From an uncultured delta proteobacterium (lineage in GTDB: Bacteria; Desulfobacterota; Binatia; UBA9968), in NCBI GenBank assembly GCA_963745835.1, contig CAVUZH010000003.1, positions 1,216,001-1,280,000 of the forward strand: a stretch of 64,000 bases of DNA, read 5' to 3'. The notes beneath the pieces were generated by a model. The model ran no database searches. It saw nothing but the letters and a program-made list of their open reading frames with translations, and had not been told where the DNA came from. Of this stretch, positions 10,179 through 20,721 are shown one piece after another (position 1 is the first letter of the stretch; the number at the start of each line of letters is the position of its first letter). Made by a program: the position numbers and the translations under genes.

Positions 10179-11129
10179 ATGGAAGAGAAGCAGGAGGTGA
10201 GGACGGTGCGGCGGATGTTTAACCCGGAGCAAAAGTTCGACGGCCGAGGAACGGGATCTGATTGACGAGGTCCAAGCGAAACACCCGCAGTACCGCCATC
10301 GGCGTATCCAGAGGATGTTACAGCAAAAGGGATCTATCTTTCGGCCTCGGCGATCTATGGTCATCTAAAAGAGCTGGGCAGATCAAGCCCAATGAGCGGC
10401 GGGTGGCGCCGTGGAAGAGCTCTCGGTATGAGGTATGGCAGAGAAACCTGACGTGGGGCAGCGACTGGAGCAAGCTCTCGGCGGGCGGAGTGCGGTGGTA
10501 TTTGCTGACGGTGATCGATCTCTTTTCCCGATGGATCGTTGCCTATGATGTGGTGCCGAGGGGCGCATGCGGGATCGGTCAAAGCGATTTATCAGGCGGG
10601 ACTCAACAATCACGGGATTTCCTTTCACAGTTAGAGCAAGCCCGAGCTCAGAGTGGATCGGGGCTCGCCCAATACATCGGGGGTGACCCAAGAGTTTTTC
10701 AAGCCTTAGGGGGCCGAATTATCCTTTGCCTGGATAAGCAGCCCACCGACAATGCGCTGACCGAGCGGATCTATGGGAGGGTGAAACAGGAAGAGATCTA
10801 TCTGTTAGGGAACTATCCCGATGAACAATGGCACGCGACGAACTTGGCCGTTACATCGAGTCCTACAATCAGTGTCGGCCCACCAGGCGTTGTTTAATTT
10901 CACTCCGGCCCATGTGCACCAGCTCAATAACAAAAGCGTGCTGATGCGAGAACTCGACGAGATGAAAAGACAAACCCGAGAGAAGCGAAAAGCGTACTGG
11001 GCTGAGCAGCAAAAAATCAGTCAACCGTCTACCGAGGGCGGATACCGAGGTAAGGGTCGAACCGAGATCGTTGATCCTGGGGCAAATACGGAAGCCGTTT
11101 CAACACCGACAACCGGATTCTTACAGTGA
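10179..11129 (+). mobile_element. Degraded IS3-family transposase (orfA stub plus frameshifted rve/DDE orfB)
   Basis: RRMFNPEQK orfA start, YRHRRI HTH, WGSDW..YLLTVIDLFSR, PTDNALTER..VKQE integrase-core motifs across several frames. Confidence 0.75.
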
Positions 11130-11228
11130 GAGTCCCACAACCAAAAACGACTCACTTGATTCCTCAATTTTGTGCCGGATTGTCTTTTTAGATGCGCAGG
11201 ATTATCTCTTTAATGACCAGGAGGAGCT

Positions 11229-11864
11229 ATGAAAAACAATATTTCAGTTGGGTTGTTCTCCTTGATTCTGCTCTTTTCGGGTTGCGCCGGTTTCCAAGCC
11301 GCTCGAGAAGTCAACTCAGGAAGACAGGCTTACCTTATCGGCAACAACGAAGCCGCCTATGCACACTTCCAAAAGGCTGCGCAGACGGATCCGCAATACG
11401 TCTATGGTACCGCGTTGCGCCAGGGAATCTGGAGTTACGTGGGTCGGGTCGATTATGACATGGGACGGCTCCCGCAGGCGCGCCAGGCACTTGAACGAGC
11501 CCTTGCCGCTAATCGTCAAGAAGATCTTACCAGACTTTATTTCGGCCTTGCATTAGCTCGAGAGGGCGACCGCCAGCAAGGTCTCAAGGAAATAGAAGGT
11601 GGCCTGCGGGGAATGCATGAATGGTTGGAGTATGTGGATCAGAACCACGGCTCGTCCTTTGGAAGATTCTGGGATCCGGCGCGCGAGATACGTTCGGCGA
11701 TTCAGACGGACCTAGCTTTAATCTCCGGTAGAGACATCGATTGGCAAAAGCTCATCGCCTCCAGTGAATGGGTTGGCAAACGACTGGAACTTGAAAGCGA
11801 TCTTGCGAGACGCGACGAAACGATCGAGCGAAACAGAGAGAGCGACAGCCGGGGTACTCGCTAA
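11229..11864 (+). CDS. TPR-repeat lipoprotein
   Basis: AGGAG RBS, lipobox LFSGC, TPR-like helices. Confidence 0.78.
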   Translation: MKNNISVGLFSLILLFSGCAGFQAAREVNSGRQAYLIGNNEAAYAHFQKAAQTDPQYVYGTALRQGIWSYVGRVDYDMGRLPQARQALERALAANRQEDLTRLYFGLALAREGDRQQGLKEIEGGLRGMHEWLEYVDQNHGSSFGRFWDPAREIRSAIQTDLALISGRDIDWQKLIASSEWVGKRLELESDLARRDETIERNRESDSRGTR

Positions 11865-11940
11865 CAGAATGCTAGTTGTAAATCTGCCGATTGTTTTGCA
11901 GCAGCGCGTTCTTGTGAAATTCGACAAGCGCTAAGACACA

Positions 11941-12327
11941 TTATTGACCTGGACCGTATTCTCCTTCTCCTCCGGGCCTTCGGCCAGGAGAAGTGCAGCG
12001 TTGATGAATGTCCCCGACGAGGTGTGCGACGAACCGCAGAGCAATACGCTTCTCATGCGCGGGGCATCCGGTAAGCTGAGCACAGTCAAGGTACCACGGA
12101 ATAGCTTCAATGATGCAGTTACGCAGCTCGTAATCTCGCTGCTGATCGTATGTGTTCGCTTCCTTTGGGAAGTTGATAAAGTAGCACAGGTCCATTTCGG
12201 GAATCTGACGGCCAGCCTTGTCCGGCCATGTCGATGCGTCGGGTAACGTCGTACCTTGCGGGAGCCTCCTTTGATGCGTTCGCGTGCAGCGGTGGTGAGC
12301 TGAGGCTCGGCGATAGCCGCGATGATT
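11941..12327 (-). pseudogene. S1/P1 nuclease fragment
   Basis: ASTWPD, NCIIEAI and ALRFVAHLVGDIHQ motifs; 5' end replaced by the IS481 terminus. Confidence 0.65.
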
Positions 12328-12620
12328 TGTATAAATCAACGTCTGATCTGACGGTCATGGCAAAGGTTCTCGTTGTCAGCCATGGTTGATTGTCCACTCA
12401 CGCCGCGATCATTTTTTCTTTAGCCAACGCAACGCTGTCGACAAACGTCTGCATCGGAGTTTTCCCATAATACCGCCTGCCCTGATGGGGTCGTTCTTCA
12501 TTGTACCGCTTGAGCCATGCCTCCAGATCACTTTGGAGTTCTTCGAGTGTTTTGGAGATCTTCTGGCGAAACGCTACCCGGTAGAACTCATTGAGCACCG
12601 TAGTGTAAAGCGCTCACAAA
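12328..12620 (-). mobile_element. IS481-family remnant (transposase C-terminus plus right inverted repeat)
   Basis: LNEFYRVAFR..LEELQSDL..YNEERPHQGR..GKTPMQTF; minus-strand end TCAGATCAGACGTTGATTTATACA ends in ACA as IS481 IRs do. Confidence 0.75.
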
Positions 12621-13372
12621 CCCCATGAGTCTGGGGACTCTTGGCCTTCGTCCGGGTTTGGTCGCCGATGTGGCTTATGATAGTTGGCAAGACAAGCTAT
12701 CGCACCCGCTGCCGAGGTATGGGATCTCCGAAGCTGAGTGGAACGCATAGATCCATGCGTCGTCCTGCTATCTACAGCGCGGATTACGAACGCAGACACG
12801 GAGCATACAATGGAAGCGGAAAGAGGCCCGCTTCAAAAGATCAGCCAGCCAAACTTGTATCGGGGATAAGAAAAGCGCACAAAGCACCAAAGCGCAACGA
12901 TCAAGATGTCTTTTCGATTTCGCTTCCAGAAATTGCGGAAGCCATACATGGTATCCAGCTCCTTCTGATCCACGCAACAGCCACGTTAGTGAGACAAAAG
13001 CGATCACCGCCGACGCTGCAATCGTCACTGCCACCCCAATGATTACGTCAAATAATACTACCGTCATGATGTTTTCTTACATGCCCCAGTGACCGTCCCC
13101 TGCCGCGCAGTTGCTAGGGTACGAGCTACGGTAATGACCGCGAAATAGAAACTCCAAGAGCTCTTCCTTGAATCTCGCTGACGCAGCGCCTTTGAATAGG
13201 TCCACCGAAGGAAGGCGGGTTGTCGCTGCGCAGCGAGGGCGCGCTTCATAGCACAATAGATACGGGTCGATCAAAGGCCGGTGAGTTCGCCACGATCAAG
13301 AGCCGAGATTATCCAGGACGTAGCTTTTTTCGCGCCACCAACTCGGCTGTCTGTGATATGATACGCGGCGCT

Positions 13373-13642
13373 ATGGCTGTCCTGCACATCACCTACAACC
13401 ACAATCCACAGACATCCAAAGCGTGCTATGATGGTTTCTATAAAGTGATAACAAGCTACCAATACCGAAGGTTGTCTCAATCGAATTGGACGATCAACAC
13501 AGAGGAGTCGCCGCAAGCGGTCTGGCAGAAACTCAAAGAATACATCGACCCGAGCGACTACTTTCTTCTGATGCCCCTTGATCCGACTTGGTTCTCTGCA
13601 AAGGACCGGAGGGTTCTTGGTTGGTTAGCGGCGGGGCCATAG
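13373..13642 (+). CDS. Small protein with a Cas2/VapD-like ferredoxin-fold pattern
   Basis: MAVLHITY...YDGFYKVI...SNWTINT..SPQAVWQKLKEYIDPSDYFLL; no cas genes nearby. Confidence 0.55.
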   Translation: MAVLHITYNHNPQTSKACYDGFYKVITSYQYRRLSQSNWTINTEESPQAVWQKLKEYIDPSDYFLLMPLDPTWFSAKDRRVLGWLAAGP

Positions 13643-13811
13643 GCGAGCGCCGAGCCGTCTGATCCAACACAACCTGAAAGATTGTCGGCCATACTTGTTG
13701 ATGGATCAATGGCCAATGCCGGTCGTTGCGAGAAGCCTGGCCGACCCGAGTCCATTTTTGAGATTGCGTGTAAGCGAACACTGTTTAGACCCAAGCGATT
13801 ATAAGTGACAA

Positions 13812-14486
13812 CTAATTGAGGCGGCTGCTGAAATACTCCCACACGCGGTTTGACACCTCTTCTCCGGAAACTTGCGGATAGATGGTTTCGAGCTCCTCGG
13901 CGGTGAAATAACGCGGTTTTCCGGCGGACATCGCTCGCAATTGGTAGTTGGCCGCTTCCTCCATCCACAAGGTCATGACACATACGCGCCGGACGTCCTT
14001 ATCGGCTACATTGACCCCGTGGCCGCGCAGTAACATGGCGCCGTGATCACCCAAGGTGCTCGCCACTGCATCGCCCAGCTCGCGGGTCCTGATCAGAGTA
14101 ATCCGATCGTACACCTGGACATCGTTTCGAAAAATCGCTCCCGAGGCATGCACAGGCCGAATCGTTTCACCCAGCGAGCTCAAAACCACGCAGCTCGGCG
14201 GATGGACATGGCAAATCGCCTGAACATCCGGTCTGGCTTTGTAAATCCGGGCGTGTATCCAAAATTCAGTGTTGGGACGGCCATCACCGGAGAGTTGATT
14301 TCCTTCAACATCGAGCTCGAGCAAATTGTCGGCGCGCACCAGAGCCGGGCTCATTCGTGGAGGAAAGATAAAAGTACCCGTCCCAGGAATACGCGCGCTC
14401 ACATGCCCGAACGCCGCGGCGATACCTTGTTGATGTAGTATGTGGCTGGCCTTGACCACGTCACTTTTGATCAGCTCAAGATCCAT
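13812..14486 (-). CDS. Class II aldolase/adducin-family protein
   Basis: GHVSAR, EFWIHARIYKARPD, HVH and LLRGHG motifs. Confidence 0.9.
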   Translation of the reverse strand: MDLELIKSDVVKASHILHQQGIAAAFGHVSARIPGTGTFIFPPRMSPALVRADNLLELDVEGNQLSGDGRPNTEFWIHARIYKARPDVQAICHVHPPSCVVLSSLGETIRPVHASGAIFRNDVQVYDRITLIRTRELGDAVASTLGDHGAMLLRGHGVNVADKDVRRVCVMTLWMEEAANYQLRAMSAGKPRYFTAEELETIYPQVSGEEVSNRVWEYFSSRLN

Positions 14487-14541
14487 CAGTTACCTTCCGA
14501 TGTTTGGATAAGGAACACTGGCGATGCGGTGATCGGTTTGA

Positions 14542-14835
14542 CTACCGCTTCATTTCATTTCCGATCAGCCGCAATACTTCATTGAACTGGCGCTGCATGG
14601 CGATCATCTGCTCGCGCATATTGAGAACCACTTCGGCGCCTTCGAAATTCACCCCCATCTCTTGAATGAGAAGGTTGGCAATACGAATGCGGTCAACCTG
14701 ATCGCGCGGATAAAGCTTGCGCCTTCGTTGCACCACCGGCCGAATCACGCTCTCTCGCTCGAGCTGTTGGATAAAATTCCTGTCAACCTTGCAAGTTTTG
14801 ATTACCTCTGTAATTTGAAAATATTTTCGTCCCAT
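14542..14835 (-). CDS. MerR-type HTH protein, CbpM/HspR-like
   Basis: LIQEMGVNFEGAEVVLNMREQM motif; directly downstream of dnaJ. Confidence 0.8.
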   Translation of the reverse strand: MGRKYFQITEVIKTCKVDRNFIQQLERESVIRPVVQRRRKLYPRDQVDRIRIANLLIQEMGVNFEGAEVVLNMREQMIAMQRQFNEVLRLIGNEMKR

Positions 14836-14847
14836 CGCTTGCTCTCG

Positions 14848-15973
14848 TTATAGTCGGACGTCTTTGCGCACGTCCTCGGCGTAGGCTCCATCGATTTTGT
14901 CGATCACGTCTGCAGAGATATTATTGTCGCCGGGCACGCGAATCATAAGCCGTAAGTACAGATCTCCAGCAGGGCTTTGCCCGTGAGCGGAAACGCCCTT
15001 GCCCCTGAGGCGTAGTCGTTGCCCGCTTTGCGCGCCCGGCAGGAATCTTAACTTTGAGCTTGCCCATCGCTGTCGGCACTTCCACCGTCGCTCCCCGAAG
15101 CGCTTCACCGATTGTGATCGGCAGGTCCATGGATAGATCCTTGCCCGACCGTGTGAGCAGCGGGTGAGGCCGGATTCGCGGTACGATATAGAGATCGCCT
15201 GGCGGCCCACCTCTCACTCCGGCCTCGCCCTTGCCGCGCAAGCGAATTCGCTTCGAAGGCTCGGCTCCCGGAGGGATATTGACCCGAATCGTATCGGGCC
15301 GCAGCACTCGGCCAGAGCCTCGGCACACCGCGCAAGGATCGCCCGGCAGTTTTCCGCTGCCCATGCAACGCGGACAGTTCTGGCGAAACTGGAGCGGACC
15401 CTGCGCCACCGATATACTGCCGCTGCCGCCGCACTCCGGGCACTGGGTGGGGGTGCTGCCCGGCTTAGTTCCGGAACCATTACAGGTATCGCAGGTGACC
15501 GGTCGCTGCAGAGTGATCGAGGTTTGAAAGCCGCGGACAGCGTCGAGGAAATCGATGTCCATAGATGACTCGATATCTTCGCCACGCATCGGCCCTTGCC
15601 GGGTTCTTCTACCGCGGCCTCCCATGCCTCCCAATCCGCCGAAGAGCTCGCTCAGATCGTCCATATTGAATTCGTAACCGCCACCTGCCCCAGCGGACTG
15701 TTGCTGCCATTGTTGATAGCTACGCGCCTTGTCAGCATCGAAACCGGCCGCCAATCCCGCCTCACCGAATTCATCGTACAGCTTGCGCTTCTTCTCATCG
15801 CCTAATACGTCGTAGGCGGTCGAAATTTCTTTGAATTTATTTTCGGCCTCTTTGTTGCCTGGGTTGATATCGGGATGGTATTTGCGGGCAAGCTTGCGAT
15901 AAGCTTTGCGGATATCATCATGAGAGGCGCCGCGTTCGACACCGAGAATTTGATAGTAGTTACTTTCAGCCAT
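14848..15973 (-). CDS. dnaJ: DnaJ chaperone with zinc finger; one frameshift near 15040 (probable error)
   Basis: HPD J-domain, four CxxCxGxG repeats; C-terminus [18 protein letters not shown] continues in a second frame after a GGG run. Confidence 0.88.
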
Positions 15974-16059
15974 TGTACATTAGAATATCTTTGGCGCAGC
16001 CGGTTGCAAGGGGATGTACCATCTTGGAGTCACCATAATGCTCAGACCTGTCGAATAAG

Positions 16060-16374
16060 CTATGGGAAGCGTAGAAGTACAATTCCAATCACCACCAAGG
16101 TGATCCCGGCGGCAGCACGTCCGGATAATTGCTCACCGAACAAGAGCATTCCCAGTATAATAGCCAGCAGCGCCTCCAGCCCTAATACCAGGATGTAGCT
16201 CGAGCCGAGCTGTTCGTAGCGCATGGCGCGCGCTTGTATCAACGCCCCCGTGCTGAACAGCGCAGTGAGGCCCAAGGTCGGCAAAGCCTGCGTCAATCCC
16301 TGCGAATATTTCATTAGTGCACCGCCGGTGACATACATGATCGCGGCAATGGAATAGAGTACAAGCGTCTTCAT
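16060..16374 (-). CDS. SMR/DMT-family small membrane transporter
   Basis: 104 aa, four TM segments, MKYSQG and LFGEQLS motifs. Confidence 0.8.
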   Translation of the reverse strand: MKTLVLYSIAAIMYVTGGALMKYSQGLTQALPTLGLTALFSTGALIQARAMRYEQLGSSYILVLGLEALLAIILGMLLFGEQLSGRAAAGITLVVIGIVLLRFP

Positions 16375-16519
16375 TGGTGGGTCCGGTAAAGCTTAAATTG
16401 AGCGCTGAAGTTATGAGACCAAGTCGGGGATATTCCGTCGGCAAACAACAAGCACACCGGCAGGAGCGTAGCCCATGTCGCACTCAATCAGAGAATGCTC
16501 GAACTCGAAAGGATTTCGA

Positions 16520-16903
16520 TTAGCGCGCGTTCTTAGCCGCACGCGATAATGATCTTTTCGAAGCGGCGCGGCGGCCTTCACGGCGCAGCGCCTTTAAAGA
16601 TGCCCGTAAGCGCTTTTTCGAGACTGCTTTCTTTTTGGCGCAAGCCGGCCGCGTTTGACGTCCGCGGCGGCTTTCTTCCTGTTCGATTCCGACGTCTTCC
16701 CTCTGGCGGGCGGCGGGAGCTTCACCCCTTCTCGCCGCGCTTGGATAGTCCAATCGCAATCGCCTGATTTGTCGAACGCGCGCCGTGCTTGCCGCGGCGA
16801 ACGTGCTCAATCTCCCCCCGGACGAACTCCCCTGCTTGCGTGGACGGAGCCTTTCCTTCCGCTTGGCTTTGCGCGCTCTTCTGAGAGTTTGTTTCTCGGG
16901 CAT
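16520..16903 (-). CDS. Basic Arg/Lys-rich putative DNA-binding protein (DUF6496-like), frameshifted
   Basis: MPEKQTLRRARK / GKAPSTQAGEFVR..HGARS..QAIAIGLSK pieces in different frames; GGGAGG RBS. Confidence 0.7.
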   Translation of the reverse strand: MPEKQTLRRARKAKRKERLRPRKQGSSSGGRLSTFAAASTARVRQIRRLRLDYPSAARRGEAPAARQREDVGIEQEESRRGRQTRPACAKKKAVSKKRLRASLKALRREGRRAASKRSLSRAAKNAR

Positions 16904-17042
16904 TGACGCACCTCCCATGTATCTTAACTCTCTCGAATTGTATTTCCATGCCGCTGCAGTACGGAGAGCCGGGACCAAGAGGGCTAAAGCTTGGCGCCAA
17001 TGAACCTGCCTCGATCGTTAGAAGCAACGACTCAGGGTAGGC

Positions 17043-17486
17043 TCATTCCTCTCTCGCCCAGATTTGGGTTCTACCTAGTAAAGAAATGCCGATGAAACCG
17101 CGGACGTGCAAGGTCTTGCCGCCGTCTTCAAGCTTCATCTTAGCGCGGTAGATCTTGCCGTTCTCTGGATCCAAAACTTCCCCGTTTTGATACTCCTCGC
17201 CTTGCTTCGTCATTCCCCACAAGATGGTCATGCCGATCACCGGCTGATCCCGGCGCGAACCGCTGCACTTATCGCACTTCGGATTGGGATCTTCACCAGG
17301 CTGCGGAAACGTCTTCTCTAATCTTCCTTGATATTGGCCGTTCACCTCGGTGATTCGGACTAGTCCCCGCGGCTTGCCGGTGCTGTCATCAATAGTTCTC
17401 CACAAACCTGTCGGCGAAGGCTCGGCCGCCAATGCGCGGGACGACCAAAGCGCGAGAATCAGCAGTAGCTGAACGAGCAGACCCAT
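17043..17486 (-). CDS. DUF2147-family secreted protein
   Basis: Signal peptide, GLWRTIDD, CDKC, LDPENGKIY and LGRTQIW motifs. Confidence 0.88.
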   Translation of the reverse strand: MGLLVQLLLILALWSSRALAAEPSPTGLWRTIDDSTGKPRGLVRITEVNGQYQGRLEKTFPQPGEDPNPKCDKCSGSRRDQPVIGMTILWGMTKQGEEYQNGEVLDPENGKIYRAKMKLEDGGKTLHVRGFIGISLLGRTQIWAREE

Positions 17487-17638
17487 AGATAACGTAAGTC
17501 GTCCTGTAGCGGTTCTGTTGCGGTAGGCGATGCCGGTGATCCGAAATCTCACAAAGCGTGACTGCTGGCGGCGCGCCGATAATCTTTTGAGTAGCGGCAC
17601 GACCCGGTCTGAACCGATGCGATCACGCAGTGGTCGAT

Positions 17639-18703
17639 CTATTTATTCACGCCATCGATCTTAAGGTTGTACAAATTGATGACGTTCTCGCGAACGACCT
17701 TCCTTAACACGTCTTTGGGCAGATGACCGAGCTCTTCGGCGATGACTTTACGGGAATCGGGCCATGTCGATGCCGCATGAGGATAGTCATTGGACCACAT
17801 AAACGTATCCTGGCCAAAATGATCCATCAGCCATCCGCCGGTGGGATCGCTGAAGAAGGTTGCGTAGACTTGCTCCGTGACATACTCGCCAGGAAGCTTT
17901 TCCATGAAAGGAAGCGGCATCTTGGTGCGAAAACGTTTGTAATATTTATCCCATTCATGCACGAAGAACGGCAGCCACGCGACTTCATTTTCAACGTAAA
18001 CCAATTTGAGTTTGGGGAAGCGCGCCAGGACGCCACCAAAAACTAAATCGAACAGACTATTGGCGGCATCCGTAAGCTTGGTATTGACAGCGGTGCGATA
18101 GGTATCGAGTCCCGTGCGTTCGAAACGGCTATAGTTGAATCCCGTCAGAATGTGCAGATTGACCGGCATACTCATATCCTGCGCCGCTTCCCAGAATGGA
18201 TCGTAATAGTCGCTGGTAAAGGGCAGATGCTCGGGCGGAACTTGCCAGATCAAGCAGCCGACCAAGCCTTCCTTCTTACAACGTTCCAACTCTCTGATGC
18301 CATTTTTGATGTTGTAAAGAGAGATCATCGGAATGCCCACGAGGCGCCCCGGAACGGTCTGGCAATATTCGATCAGCCAATCGTTCGCGATACGGAAACA
18401 CGCCTCCTGAAGTTCTGCATCCTCGAGCGCGAACAAGCGCAGCCCCAAAGTCGGATAAAGCACCTCCGCGGACACACCGTCAATTTCCATCTCATCGATG
18501 CGCGCCCGGGGGTTCCATCCTCCGGGTTTTTCACCGGGGGAATTTCGCGCGGGAAACTTTGGGTATTTCTCTTTGAGACCCGGCGGCAAATTCCTGTCCC
18601 ACAAATCCGCCGGCTCGATCACGTGTGAATCTGCCGATATGATGCGCTCGTTCCCCAGGACCGACTCTGGCGTCCGCAAAGCAGCAGCTGTGCTCATAGC
18701 CAT
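17639..18703 (-). CDS. Amidohydrolase family protein (Amidohydro_2)
   Basis: ISADSHV, DGVSAEVLYPT, PVNLH and WSNDYPH motifs. Confidence 0.9.
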   Translation of the reverse strand: MAMSTAAALRTPESVLGNERIISADSHVIEPADLWDRNLPPGLKEKYPKFPARNSPGEKPGGWNPRARIDEMEIDGVSAEVLYPTLGLRLFALEDAELQEACFRIANDWLIEYCQTVPGRLVGIPMISLYNIKNGIRELERCKKEGLVGCLIWQVPPEHLPFTSDYYDPFWEAAQDMSMPVNLHILTGFNYSRFERTGLDTYRTAVNTKLTDAANSLFDLVFGGVLARFPKLKLVYVENEVAWLPFFVHEWDKYYKRFRTKMPLPFMEKLPGEYVTEQVYATFFSDPTGGWLMDHFGQDTFMWSNDYPHAASTWPDSRKVIAEELGHLPKDVLRKVVRENVINLYNLKIDGVNK

Positions 18704-18917
18704 ACCTCTCCTTCCCGTGATTGTCTCTTGTTTAGTCCATCCAAATCCGTTTGTCTACGAAAGGAGCCATCGGATAATTGAAGAGGGCAGCTTTCGACCG
18801 GTTCTTCGAATACTGAAGGAGAGATGGTTTACATGCTTCTCTTGAAGATGCGAGCATGACAGTTGCCATCGTTTCAACGATTGATGGCTCGGCAAACATT
18901 CGTGCAACAACGAGACA

Positions 18918-19616
18918 GTGACAACCGAATACCATCAACATCACGTAACCGGATCACGCCGTAGAATCTGGATCGCCATAGGAGTCCTCGTGGCGCTGCT
19001 GGGGATGGCAGCGGCATGGCGTTGGACGCCGTTGGCCGATCAGATCGACATCGGCAAAATTACCGCATGGGCTATTGCGCTGCGAAGGAACCCATCCCGT
19101 GTATCGATCATTCTTGGCGCCTATCTTTTCGGTAGTATTGTTTCGCTTCCGATTACGATTTTAATCCTCGCTACCGCCCTGGTGTTCGGCCCGATGGAGG
19201 GAATCATTTACTCGTTCATCGGATGTATGATCGGCGCCGGAGCAACCTACGCAATGGGCTATTTTCTTGGTAGCGACTTCATCCGAAAACTCACGGGAGC
19301 TAGATGGAAAATGTTGGAACGCAAGATCAACCAGACGGGAATCTTGGCGGTGGCAGCTCTACGCGCGATTCCGATCGCGCCGTTCACTGTAGTCAATATA
19401 ATCTCCGGCGCCTTTCAGGTGCCCGTTCGAGATTACCTACTCGGATCGCTGCTCGGTCTGGCGCCCGGAATAATCCTCACCAATCTCTTCGCGCACCAGT
19501 TACAGAGCGCCATCCGCAACCCCGGATTGGGCAGCTTTGTCTTGTTGGCCGTATTGGTGATCGTCAGCATTTTGGGAACCATCTGGTTGAGACGCAAGTT
19601 CAAGAGCAAAGACTGA
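18918..19616 (+). CDS. TVP38/TMEM64 (VTT/DedA) membrane protein
   Basis: LVFGP..G, LRAIPIAPF..VN and YLLGSLLGLAPG motifs. Confidence 0.85.
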   Translation: MTTEYHQHHVTGSRRRIWIAIGVLVALLGMAAAWRWTPLADQIDIGKITAWAIALRRNPSRVSIILGAYLFGSIVSLPITILILATALVFGPMEGIIYSFIGCMIGAGATYAMGYFLGSDFIRKLTGARWKMLERKINQTGILAVAALRAIPIAPFTVVNIISGAFQVPVRDYLLGSLLGLAPGIILTNLFAHQLQSAIRNPGLGSFVLLAVLVIVSILGTIWLRRKFKSKD

Positions 19617-19657
19617 ACATGGCGCGCAGATGTGGCAGCAGCGAATCCCTTCTGTAA

Positions 19658-20407
19658 TCAGGGCCCTGTCAAGCGCATCCCTGCGTCCACCGGCAAAATT
19701 GCCGCAGTCACATAGGAAGCTTCATCCGATGCCAAATACAGCGCCGCATAGGCCACATCGTCAGGCTCGCCGATGCGACCAAGCGGAACTCGCGTCGTGT
19801 AGCGCGCCAATTTCTCCGGCGTCGATGTATCCACCATCGGCGTTCGGACGGGTCCCGGGCAGATGCAGTTCACTCTGATCTTGTCTTTGGCATGATCCAT
19901 TGCCATCGCCTCAGTCAACCTGATCAAGCCGCCCTTCGAAGCACAATAAGCAGCTCGCCCTGCCTGCCCGAGCATGCCGGACCGCGCGCCGATATGAAGA
20001 ATGACACCGCCGCCGCGCTTTTTCATTTCCGGTATTGCTAGACGCGAAACGACAAATGCTCCTTTCAGATTAACGTCCAACGTGCGGTCCCAAGCTTCCT
20101 CAGAAATTTCTGTGATACTCCCGTTGGTTCTGACTCCAGCGCTGTTTACGACGATATCGAGTCCCCCATACTGCTGGACGGCCGCCGCGATCAACGATTG
20201 CATCTGGTCTGAATCCCCAACATCTCCGGGACGGAACAGCGCTTTTCCTCCGTGTTTCTCGATCATGGCAACGGTTTCTTTACCCTTAGACTCGGTCGTC
20301 GAGGTTCCGGCTACAGCTGCTCCCTCCTTGGCAAACATCACAGCGATAGCCTGTCCGAGTCCTGATCCAAAACCGGTGATGAAGGCGACTTTTCCGTTCA
20401 ATTTCAT
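19658..20407 (-). CDS. SDR-family oxidoreductase
   Basis: TGxGxGxG, NSAG, YCASK and RVNCICPG motifs. Confidence 0.92.
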   Translation of the reverse strand: MKLNGKVAFITGFGSGLGQAIAVMFAKEGAAVAGTSTTESKGKETVAMIEKHGGKALFRPGDVGDSDQMQSLIAAAVQQYGGLDIVVNSAGVRTNGSITEISEEAWDRTLDVNLKGAFVVSRLAIPEMKKRGGGVILHIGARSGMLGQAGRAAYCASKGGLIRLTEAMAMDHAKDKIRVNCICPGPVRTPMVDTSTPEKLARYTTRVPLGRIGEPDDVAYAALYLASDEASYVTAAILPVDAGMRLTGP

Positions 20408-20721
20408 AATGTACGTTCCTCCTCAGTTGATGAGCATACAATCGACTGTTTCTCACGGTCAACTCGTTTGTACTAAAGGGTGATCCGTCGGGAAACATTT
20501 TAACAAACCACATGCCCCAGCACCTGAGAGACACGCAAATCTGACCTCAAAACGCCTTCGGCGGATTGATCTTTGTATCGGTGTGCCGCCCAGGATAAGA
20601 CTTGCCTGACCGCTGATAGCGGCGCCGAGCACCTTCGGCCATGCAACCGGCGGCGCCTTTCATTGACTGCATGCAACCGCCGTGTTACGAAGCACGGATT
20701 AATTTGTGCAACAGAAGTATA

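Noticed and set aside
13373-13642. CRISPR-Cas locus suggested by the Cas2-like ORF
   Set aside because: No repeat-spacer array or other cas gene seen in the window
15030-15050. Programmed frameshift in dnaJ
   Set aside because: No slippery heptamer; one extra G in a run fits the window-wide indel pattern
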